Below are positions 1-6,451 of a DNA stretch of 14,159 nucleotides, one piece after another. The notes below the pieces were generated by a model. The model was not told the DNA's origin. It did no database searches and saw nothing but the letters and a program-made list of their open reading frames with translations. Source of the DNA: Nitrosospira multiformis ATCC 25196 (GTDB lineage Bacteria > Pseudomonadota > Gammaproteobacteria > Burkholderiales > Nitrosomonadaceae). A program made the position numbers and the translations under genes. The stretch's first letter is position 1. Each line of letters starts with the position of its first letter. The stretch covers positions 1 through 14,159 of the forward strand of contig NC_007617.1 in NCBI RefSeq assembly GCF_000196355.1, given 5' to 3'.

Positions 1-653
1 CATCCTTCGACAGTAATTTTTATATTCGATGGATCAACACCAAATGTCATTGCGAGGCGACGCTTCGCTTCGCTGATGGTAAGAGTCTCATCATCAGCGT
101 TCAATTCGTTGATCTTGCTAGCAGTCAACTGCTTATCTGATACCTGGACCTGCTCTAAAGGTACTCTTGCGATTTCGGTGCCTATTCCTGCACCTCCGCC
201 GACATGAGTTACAGGATTCTCTGCATCAGGCTCATAAAGAGGCAGCCATATCCCTTGTCCCATCGGAAGAGAATAACCTGCTGCACGACGCGCGGCGAAA
301 GCCCGATCAAAACGCTCCCGCAAATCATCACCTTCAATCATATGAACTCGCGCGAGTTCTGAATTATCAGGATCAACAGAAATCACGATTACCTTGTCAA
401 CATCAGAAAGAGTGGTCCACTGTTTGTTACCCTCCGGAGGAAAGGCAATCCAAGTGTCTTGGGTTGTCCGAATGCTAGTGATGTAGCTTTTCTTGCCTTT
501 CGTGATACGCCTGACACTACCCTTTCCAATTTTTGGAATTCGCTCAACGGTCCAGCCATCACCCTCTAGTGTTTCAACGCCAATCTGGAACAGACGTCTC
601 CTTATTAAAGTTCTTTTTGTATTATCGAAAGTATCCTCTGAAGTATTTTCCAT
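1..653 (-). CDS. Hypothetical protein, 3' end cut by the window edge
   Basis: Absent from the ORF track because it runs off the window. The reverse strand reads ATG(653-651) GAA AAT ACT... and gives MENTSEDTFDNTKRTLIRRRLFQIGVETLEGDGWTVERIPKIGKGSVRR...TISEAKRRLAMTFGVDPSNIKITVEG. It is open for 217 codons down to position 1. An in-frame stop lies upstream at 725-723 with no alternative start between, so ATG 653 is the start. No family recognised. Confidence 0.65.
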   Translation of the reverse strand, partial: MENTSEDTFDNTKRTLIRRRLFQIGVETLEGDGWTVERIPKIGKGSVRRITKGKKSYITSIRTTQDTWIAFPPEGNKQWTTLSDVDKVIVISVDPDNSELARVHMIEGDDLRERFDRAFAARRAAGYSLPMGQGIWLPLYEPDAENPVTHVGGGAGIGTEIARVPLEQVQVSDKQLTASKINELNADDETLTISEAKRRLAMTFGVDPSNIKITVEG

Positions 654-732
654 TTTGTTTAAAACAATTAAGTAATAACGTAGTAAATATATTTTATTCC
701 TATAATAAACGCAATAGTTTTTTTAATTTTTT

Positions 733-751
733 AGTATTTACTATAAATACT
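733..751. promoter_or_regulatory. Perfect inverted repeat AGTATTTA-cta-TAAATACT in the AT-rich divergent intergenic region; candidate res subsite or operator
   Basis: The 8-bp arms are exact reverse complements. The site lies between the divergent gene starting at 653 and the resolvase gene starting at 890. The functional assignment is inference only. Confidence 0.3.
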
Positions 752-889
752 GATTACTGGTAGCTAACTTATCGTTAGTGAGGCAAAATGGGTCCCTTTT
801 GCTACACTCAAACACACAATGCAAGGCATTGTTTTTTTTGGCCTCTGCTGTTGCATAAGGGTTGTGCGAAATAAAGGGGGAAGAAATTC

Positions 890-1444
890 ATGAAAATCGG
901 CTATGCGCGGGTTTCCACCGATGACCAGAATCTTGACCTGCAGCTGGACGCTTTAACCAAGGCGGGATGCGAGCAGGTATTTACCGATCACGGCGTCAGC
1001 GGAGCCACCATCGAGCGTGAAGGACTGTCCCAGGCAATTGCCGCAGTCGGGAAAGGCGATGTGCTGGTTGTGTGGAAGCTGGACCGTCTGGGCCGGTCTT
1101 TGAGTTTTCTGATTGAGCTGATAGAGAAGCTGCGAAACGAAGGCGCCGGCTTCGAGAGCCTGTCGGATGGGATCGACACCACGACTGCTGGGGGTAAGCT
1201 GGTATTTCACATCATGGGTGCGTTGGCGGAATTTGAGCGCTCATTGATATCTGAGCGCTCGAAGGCCGGGATGCAGGCAGCCAGGCGGCGAGGAAAGCAT
1301 ATAGGCCGTCCACACAAGTTGAGCCGGGAGCAGATCAGCCATGCAGCTCAGATGATCCAGGAGGGACGGGAAACCGTATCCGGCATGGCCGGGCTGCTGA
1401 GTGTGGATCGAGCTACTTTATACCGTGCATTGAATCGAAAGTAA
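890..1444 (+). CDS. Small serine recombinase (resolvase/invertase family)
   Basis: 184 aa. The N-terminus MKIGYARVSTDDQNLDLQ carries the catalytic-serine YARVST motif. It also has VVWKLDRLGRS and a C-terminal HTH (SVDRATLYRAL). SD GGGGGAAG lies 6 nt upstream of the ATG. Confidence 0.95.
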   Translation: MKIGYARVSTDDQNLDLQLDALTKAGCEQVFTDHGVSGATIEREGLSQAIAAVGKGDVLVVWKLDRLGRSLSFLIELIEKLRNEGAGFESLSDGIDTTTAGGKLVFHIMGALAEFERSLISERSKAGMQAARRRGKHIGRPHKLSREQISHAAQMIQEGRETVSGMAGLLSVDRATLYRALNRK

Positions 1445-1516
1445 GTTATTTGATAACCGTGATCATCGCACCGGATTGCTGCAACGCAAGGCCAGCAGCA
1501 GAGGTGGTCCTCGTCC

Positions 1517-1858
1517 TTAAGCGATAGCCAGCGTCAAGTGCCCGACTGGCTCGGTTGTTGGCTTTACCTTGATTTCGATGTCATACCCCAGGCGATTCAA
1601 GCAGTCCATCAGCTTACGCTCGGACAAACCGGTGAAGTCGCCACGCAGTAGCGCAGATACTTTAGGTTGCGGAATGCCCATCCGACGGCTGGCCTCTTCT
1701 TGAGTCAGACCACGTTTACGCACAGCTCGGGTGATTTCGATCACCAGGGCAGACTTGATCTTGAGTTTTTCGGCATTCGGCAAGCCCAGATCGGCAAAAA
1801 TGTTGCCGGAACTGGTCTCAGCCTCAATGCCTTCAACGATGCGCTTTTGCTTTTTCAT
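1517..1858 (-). CDS. XRE-family HTH antitoxin (HigA-like)
   Basis: The HTH segment is GLTQEEASRRMGIPQPKVSALLRG. The ORF-track start at 1876 is a TTG. The ATG at 1858 (MKKQKRIVEG...) is preceded by AAGGAG 7 nt upstream and is the more likely start. The gene lies downstream of, and overlaps, the toxin gene, which is the reversed HigBA order. Confidence 0.85.
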   Translation of the reverse strand: MKKQKRIVEGIEAETSSGNIFADLGLPNAEKLKIKSALVIEITRAVRKRGLTQEEASRRMGIPQPKVSALLRGDFTGLSERKLMDCLNRLGYDIEIKVKPTTEPVGHLTLAIA

Positions 1859-2219
1859 GTCGTAGCTCCTTTGCAAGTGCCTCGGCCACCTTCAGTCTGG
1901 CGCGGATAATATCTATGTCCTCCTTCGGCGTTGTGATTCCGCTCTTGCTCTTCTTCTGGAAGCAGTGCAGGACGAACACGGCTTCCTCGAATTTCACGGT
2001 ATAGACAGCGCGATAAGTCCCACCCGCATCATCTTCGACTACTTCCAAGACACCAGCGCCACTGAAGCCCTTGAGCACTTTGGCCGCGCCGTGTCGATCA
2101 CCGTGCTGTGCGAAATCCAGGGCGTGACCGAAAAATTTGCGTACCTTGGTCGGAAACACCATCAGATCTTTCTTACTGCTCCCGATCCAGACGAGTGATT
2201 TTTCTTCTTCATCAGTCAT
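1833..2219 (-). CDS. RelE/ParE-superfamily toxin of the phage Gp49-like (HigB-like) type
   Basis: 128 aa. The sequence SLVWIGSSKKDLMVFPTKVRKFFGHALDFAQHG...YRAVYTVKFEEAVFVLHCFQKKSKSGITTPKEDIDIIRARLK is typical of Gp49-like/HigB toxins. It is encoded immediately upstream of an XRE antitoxin. Confidence 0.85.
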   Translation of the reverse strand: MTDEEEKSLVWIGSSKKDLMVFPTKVRKFFGHALDFAQHGDRHGAAKVLKGFSGAGVLEVVEDDAGGTYRAVYTVKFEEAVFVLHCFQKKSKSGITTPKEDIDIIRARLKVAEALAKELRHEKAKAHR

Positions 2220-2224
2220 AGCAT

Positions 2225-2244
2225 ATTATACCAAAATAGGTATA
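2225..2244 (-). promoter_or_regulatory. Candidate TA promoter -10 (TATAAT on the minus strand, 2230-2225) overlapping the palindrome TATACC-aaaata-GGTATA (2227-2244)
   Basis: The minus strand reads TTACTT-N16-TATAAT-atgct-ATG(2219). The 6-bp perfect inverted repeat overlaps the -10, as expected for an autoregulated TA operator. Confidence 0.45.
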
Positions 2245-2306
2245 AAAAGTAATCGTAGTGTAGGGCCTTACAATCGAATGCTTGGTTCATTTGTAATGAA
2301 TTAAAT

Positions 2307-2364
2307 TCTAGCAGCTAGACTATATCTAGCAGCTAGAATAAAATATTTATTTCTAGCTGCTAGA
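2307..2364. repeat. Three copies of the 13-bp palindromic motif TCTAGC(A/T)GCTAGA upstream of parA; candidate centromere/operator
   Basis: Exact copies at 2307-2319, 2325-2337 and 2352-2364; the third has the complementary central base. They sit directly upstream of the parA SD (AGGAG). Confidence 0.65.
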
Positions 2365-2375
2365 TAGGAGTTTTT

Positions 2376-3008
2376 ATGGCCGCAATTGTTGCATTCGTTT
2401 CCCAAAAAGGTGGGGTTGGGAAAAGTACTCTCTCCCGCGCGTTAGCGCGTGAAGTCGCGGTAGGTGGTTTACGGGTAAAAGTTGCAGACTTGGATACTCA
2501 GCAAGGAACATCAGTTGATTGGCATCGTCTACGATTATCCCAAGGGATTGAGCCAATCGTATCAGTAGAGGCATTTGCCACCGCTGCACAAGCGCTTGAA
2601 GCTGCAAAAGGTTTTGATTTACTTATCATTGATGGGCCAGCCCGCACTAGTCAAGCCACACTTGATATTGCCAAGGCGGCCGATTTGATTGTGCAGCCAT
2701 CAGGCCCGTCGCGGGATGATCTAATCCCGGCAGTACGTGAATTCCACGCATTGACGAAAGCTGGCATCCCGAATGAGCGCCTTGCGTTCGCCTTGAATCG
2801 AGTTGGTACTTCCGCTGAGGAAGTGGCGGCACGAGCCTACTTGGAACAAGCTGGATATACGGTCTTAGCCGGTACCTTGCGTGATAGACCAGCTTACCGG
2901 CAAGCACAAAACACAGGTCACAGCATTACCGAAACCAGATTTGCAGGACTGAATGAACGCGCCGATACTCTGATTCAATCGCTTATTGACCGGGTGACTA
3001 ATGGCTGA
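2376..3008 (+). CDS. parA: Partition ATPase ParA (small, type Ib, deviant Walker A)
   Basis: 210 aa. The N-terminus is IVAFVSQKGGVGKSTLSRALA (KGGxGKST deviant Walker A). It also has LLIIDGPAR, and SD AGGAG lies upstream. Confidence 0.95.
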   Translation: MAAIVAFVSQKGGVGKSTLSRALAREVAVGGLRVKVADLDTQQGTSVDWHRLRLSQGIEPIVSVEAFATAAQALEAAKGFDLLIIDGPARTSQATLDIAKAADLIVQPSGPSRDDLIPAVREFHALTKAGIPNERLAFALNRVGTSAEEVAARAYLEQAGYTVLAGTLRDRPAYRQAQNTGHSITETRFAGLNERADTLIQSLIDRVTNG

Positions 3009-3315
3009 TGTATCGAAACTCAAGACGCTAAAAGGACGTCGCTCAAACTTAGGCGACCCCCCATCTTTGGATGAAGCCAGCAATAATCTGAACGCACCAG
3101 AGATTGCACCGGCGCCTTCCCTGTCTTCAAAAGCACTAGGGGGAAAGATTGACGGTCGTACTGCTCGCCGTACGAACAGAACCGTCCAATTTGCTACCCG
3201 TGTTACCCCAGACTGGGATGCGCGTATCAGGGCTATAGCTGACCGCGAAGGGATAAAACTGGTTGAAGTTTTGGAAAGGGCGCTAGATTACTATGAATTA
3301 AAATCTAGCCGATAG
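3001..3315 (+). CDS. Small centromere-binding partition partner, ribbon-helix-helix (ParG-like) C-terminus
   Basis: 104 aa, overlapping the parA stop by 8 nt. The N-terminal half looks disordered. The C-terminal RTVQFATRVTPDWDARIRAIADREGIKLVEVLERALDYY fits a beta-strand plus two helices (RHH). Confidence 0.7.
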   Translation: MADVSKLKTLKGRRSNLGDPPSLDEASNNLNAPEIAPAPSLSSKALGGKIDGRTARRTNRTVQFATRVTPDWDARIRAIADREGIKLVEVLERALDYYELKSSR

Positions 3316-3345
3316 ATAGCAGCTAGATAAAAACTAGCAGCTAGA
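3304..3345. repeat. Further copies of the TAGCAGCTAGA motif immediately downstream of the partition operon
   Basis: TAGCAGCTAGA at 3317-3327 and CTAGCAGCTAGA at 3334-3345. A degenerate copy TCTAGCCGATAGA lies at 3304-3316. Confidence 0.55.
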
Positions 3346-3426
3346 TTGGTAATTTGCATCATCTATGATTGAGAAGAACATTCCACTCAAGCATGAGCAA
3401 TCATATTAATCACTAACTGAGTAACT

Positions 3427-4659
3427 ATGGTATCTGACAAGAACGATGGGCCAAAATCCAAAGTAACTATGGCTTATGCCTTGGAATTGGTAGAGATCGA
3501 GGAGCAATTGGCAGCGCTGGAGCGTACGAATCAACGTCTCCAAGCAATGGCCGAGCGATCCTCGAACAATCCTGATCTTGAGCGCCGCAGAAATGAAATT
3601 ATCGACAAAGCAGCTCCGTTAGAACGACGTAGACAAGCAATCATTGCTGCGGAAGAGGCTGCCGCGGAAGTTTATGTCATGCACGGAGAAACTAGATCTA
3701 CTCCTAACTTATTTAGCGACATTCAGCCTGAATTAGGTTTCTTGGCCGATATTCAGAGCGAGGTCAAAAAAGTCGAAGAGGATAGGAGCAAAAAGCGGGA
3801 ACGATCCAAGCTACTGCCAGCTCGTTACACAAATCAGGATTTCTTTGTTGCAGATATCCTCGGCTATTCGCTCAAGGACGACCACGCCACAATGGAGGCC
3901 CCCGTTTTTTCACTTAAGACTCAGAAAGATCTCACTCCTTGGGAATGGACAAGTAAAGACGGTACAAAGCACATCGAGGTATCGCCTTCGGTCAAATATG
4001 GGCGAGCTACCCAGCATGACAAGGATATTTTGATCTTTGTTACCTCGCAAATGACGGAAGCCCTGAATCGTGAGCGGCCAGACACCCAAAGTCGGGCCGT
4101 GCGTTTTACCGTACATAATTATCTCGTGGCAACCAACAAACCTACAGGGGGGGTGGAATATCAACGACTTGAACGAGCACTGGATAGACTCAAGGGAACA
4201 ACGATTAAAACCGACATCAAGACTGGTAACAAGCGCGTTAAAGAAGCATTTGGCATTCTCGATTCTTGGGCAATCATTGAGCGTTCGTCAAGTGATGAAC
4301 GCATGATTGCTGTTGAAATCACCTTATCCAAGTGGCTTTATAACGCAATCCACGCACACGAAGTGCTAACGATCCATCCTGACTATTTTCGGTTACGCAA
4401 ACCCTTGGAGAGGCGTTTATACGAGTTAGCCAGAAAGCACTGTGGCAGCAAGCAGTCAAGCTGGAAAATCGGACTTGAATTACTACGGGAGAAGTGTGGG
4501 GCGCAGAGTCACATCCGCGCCTTCCGAAATCAGGTACAGGAGATCAGTAATGCTCATACACTGCCTGAATACCACTTGATCTACGAGCGGGAAGCAGATC
4601 AAGTTACTTTCTACGTTAAAAATCAACAGAAGCTCATCTCTTCTTATTTATGTCGCTGA
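3427..4659 (+). CDS. repA: Plasmid replication initiator (RepA/TrfA-like, replication initiator protein A family)
   Basis: 410 aa. The block NQDFFVADILGYSLKDDHATMEAPVFSLKTQKD...RFTVHNYLVATN...WLYNAI...YFRLRKPLERRLYELARKHCG resembles iteron-binding initiators. Iterons follow directly. The start is uncertain: ATG 3427 or ATG 3469, neither with a clear SD. Confidence 0.85.
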   Translation: MVSDKNDGPKSKVTMAYALELVEIEEQLAALERTNQRLQAMAERSSNNPDLERRRNEIIDKAAPLERRRQAIIAAEEAAAEVYVMHGETRSTPNLFSDIQPELGFLADIQSEVKKVEEDRSKKRERSKLLPARYTNQDFFVADILGYSLKDDHATMEAPVFSLKTQKDLTPWEWTSKDGTKHIEVSPSVKYGRATQHDKDILIFVTSQMTEALNRERPDTQSRAVRFTVHNYLVATNKPTGGVEYQRLERALDRLKGTTIKTDIKTGNKRVKEAFGILDSWAIIERSSSDERMIAVEITLSKWLYNAIHAHEVLTIHPDYFRLRKPLERRLYELARKHCGSKQSSWKIGLELLREKCGAQSHIRAFRNQVQEISNAHTLPEYHLIYEREADQVTFYVKNQQKLISSYLCR

Positions 4660-4769
4660 CGCTTAATTCGTTATATCGCTGACATTGTGGATTGACTCGT
4701 TATATCGCTGACACTTTCCTGTGGATTGACTCGTTATATCGCTGACGCGTGACTCGTTATATCGCTGAC
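4645..4769 (+). repeat. oriV iterons: four exact direct copies of TCGTTATATCGCTGAC plus one degenerate copy
   Basis: Exact copies at 4668-4683, 4697-4712, 4731-4746 and 4754-4769. Copies 2 and 3 extend to an identical 27-mer TGTGGATTGACTCGTTATATCGCTGAC (4686-4712 and 4720-4746). A 13/16 copy overlaps the repA stop (4645-4660). An AT-rich tract follows at about 4790-4860. Confidence 0.85.
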
Positions 4770-4883
4770 ACTCTATTCGCAAAGCACTATACTTTACAGT
4801 CACTTAATAGGTATATTTCCTACCGTAACACGCGCGCGTTTTTTAACTTATAAAATCTTTAACACCTCGCCCCCCACTCCAGC

Positions 4884-4892
4884 TGTGGATAA
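4884..4892 (-). promoter_or_regulatory. DnaA box, perfect consensus TTATCCACA
   Basis: The plus strand reads TGTGGATAA at 4884-4892. It lies just beyond the iterons and the AT-rich tract, the canonical position in theta-type plasmid origins. Confidence 0.6.
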
Positions 4893-5516
4893 CACATCTC
4901 CAGCAATTAAATTCCCAATTTAAAGGAATTTATCGACGCCCCCTGAAGGGGGCCAAAAGACCCCCTTCCAGTTTCACCTTTTGTACTTTGCCCGCTTGTG
5001 TTTCTCATCTTTTTCAAAAGATACAAAAGCCATCTTCCGAACCTTAAGCAGAGCATGAGGGCAATCCAGGTGGCTCAGCTGCCATAGTTCCTTAGCAGCT
5101 GACCTGAGCCTTACGGCTCACCCTCATGGGCACCAGGACCCGGACAAATCAGCCCCAGCCTGCAAGCAGGCTGGGAGCTTCAGCCGGGTTTCTGTGGAAA
5201 TTGCCCTTTGTCCATTCAGCTATCCCTTGCACGTCCTCAAAACCTGTCTTCAGGAGGAAGGGGCAAGGTGGAGCTGGGATTCATGCAGAAATACCCTTCA
5301 GATGCGTTCTCAAGGCTGTGGAGCGCATTTCTACCTCAAGCTGAAGGAAATCTATCTCTTTTCCTATTAAACGCTCCAAAGGGCTTTAAAAGCCTTTTTG
5401 TGAAAGACACTTTCCTGGAACAGCTGTTTTCGCCTTCAAGGCAGGGTCAAGGCGGGTGCCAAGCCCCCCGAGAGGGCATGGCCTTGAGGCTGCCTGAAGC
5501 GACACACGCTAAGACC

Positions 5517-5559
5517 AGGGGTGCAGGGAGGGTTTGACCGCAGGTCTCCCTGCACCCCT
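5517..5559. repeat. Perfect 13-bp stem hairpin AGGGGTGCAGGGA-N17-TCCCTGCACCCCT within a GC-rich structured block
   Basis: The arms at 5517-5529 and 5547-5559 are exact reverse complements. Two more GC hairpins follow: GCCCCGtggcgaaCGCGGGGC and TGGGGCagcGCCCCA, up to about 5597. Confidence 0.6.
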
Positions 5560-5660
5560 GCCCCGTGGCGAACGCGGGGCGTGGGGCAGCGCCCCAGGTA
5601 CTTGCGCAGCAATTGCAACAAACCAGAAAATTCCTGCATGAACCCTGTATTTATTTGCAG

Positions 5661-5746
5661 CACCCGATATTCTTTTTGGAATGTTTCGATATTTTTTTGA
5701 AGTAACCGATATTTTTCAGAAGTGCTCGATATATTTCTGTTAAAAA
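5661..5746 (+). repeat. Four direct repeats with 20-22 bp periodicity, core yCGATATtTTTtnGAAG; a second iteron-like array
   Basis: CGATAT cores lie at 5665, 5687, 5707 and 5727 (spacing 22, 20, 20). Repeats 2 and 3 match 15/20. A DnaA-like box TTATCCAGC (7/9) lies at 5756-5764. Confidence 0.55.
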
Positions 5747-5820
5747 GTTGACGGGTTATCCAGCACCCTCCCTTGATCAGGAATTTGGCGCTGACAGGGC
5801 TTGAGCACTCCTGCTGACCG

Positions 5821-6252
5821 TCAACCCTTCATTTTTTCTGCCAGCAGGGCATCGCCCTTGCGCTTCCACTGTGCTTTGCGCTCATCCTCAGGGGCTACCC
5901 TGGAGAGTTCCATGAGCGCGCCCAGGAGCTCTCCCCGATCCAGGAGCGGCATACCGGTTTTTGAATCCACCAGGCCTGCCAGGATCATCAGGCCTGCGGC
6001 GTTATAGAGCTCGCGGTCGCGTGCTTTTCGTGTTGCGAGCTTTTCCGCATTCACGATCCTGGCGGCATTGGCCCGTGCCTTCTGTGCACGTTCCGCTGCT
6101 TTTTCCGCGCGCACGAGTGCCAGAAGTTTGCGTTCATCCTCTGGCGTCCTGTCCGGCTTGTCTGCCAGCAGCAGCAATAGCCGCTGGTGGTCAGTGGGGT
6201 GTTTGAGTCCCCGCAAGTAAGCCAGCCGTCCCTTGAGCCATTCGTCCTGCAT
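5821..6252 (-). CDS. Mobilisation accessory protein (TraD/MobC-like relaxosome component)
   Basis: 143 aa, charged and helical. The segment RKARDRELYNAAGLMILAGLVD resembles the conserved core of TraD-type transfer accessory proteins. A strong SD, GAGGAGG, lies 4 nt upstream. The gene is divergent from mobA, with oriT in between. Confidence 0.6.
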   Translation of the reverse strand: MQDEWLKGRLAYLRGLKHPTDHQRLLLLLADKPDRTPEDERKLLALVRAEKAAERAQKARANAARIVNAEKLATRKARDRELYNAAGLMILAGLVDSKTGMPLLDRGELLGALMELSRVAPEDERKAQWKRKGDALLAEKMKG

Positions 6253-6335
6253 GGGGCCTCCTCATTGTTGAGAACCAGTCGATTGTAGCGGAAAACTTGG
6301 CAGCAGGCACAGACTGAAGTATCCTTGTAATACAC

Positions 6336-6386
6336 AAGGCGCGCTTAGTTGTTTCTTTGGATGGTAAGACCCTCATCCATAGAAAC
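6336..6386 (-). other. oriT (IncQ/RSF1010-like): 13-bp imperfect inverted repeat followed by a TAAGCGCGCC nick-region motif
   Basis: The minus strand reads GTTTCTATGGATG-agggtcttac-CATCCAAAGAAAC-aaC-TAAGCGCGCCTT. As I recall it, RSF1010 oriT is GTTTCTC-gaa-GAGAAAC-cgg-TAAGTGCG^CCCT. The site lies in the 199-bp gap between the divergent mob genes. Confidence 0.65.
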
Positions 6387-6451
6387 ACGCGAACAAGAAA
6401 AGCAAAGATCAGGCCGCTTCGCGGCCAAACAAACAATGGAGAACACCCGGC

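Noticed and set aside
167-763. Plus-strand ORFs 167-478, 493-675 and 533-763
   Set aside because: They are antisense to the much longer uninterrupted minus-strand ORF (1-653) or lie in the AT-rich intergenic region. Their translations look non-protein-like.
1667-2198. Plus-strand ORFs 1667-1909 and 1965-2198
   Set aside because: They are antisense to the well-supported HigB/HigA-like genes, and no motifs were seen.
4645-4769. Possible CRISPR array, because of short direct repeats separated by unique spacers
   Set aside because: The repeats are 16-27 bp with irregular 7-18-bp gaps, there are only 4-5 copies, and they sit immediately after a rep gene next to an AT-rich tract and a DnaA box. 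That is classical iteron architecture, and there are no cas genes.
5126-5663. Three overlapping ORFs (72, 109 and 75 aa) in the region between oriV and the mob genes
   Set aside because: They overlap one another, one uses a TTG start, they lack SD sequences, and their compositions are odd. The region is better explained by hairpins and repeats (non-coding origin/ssi-like DNA).
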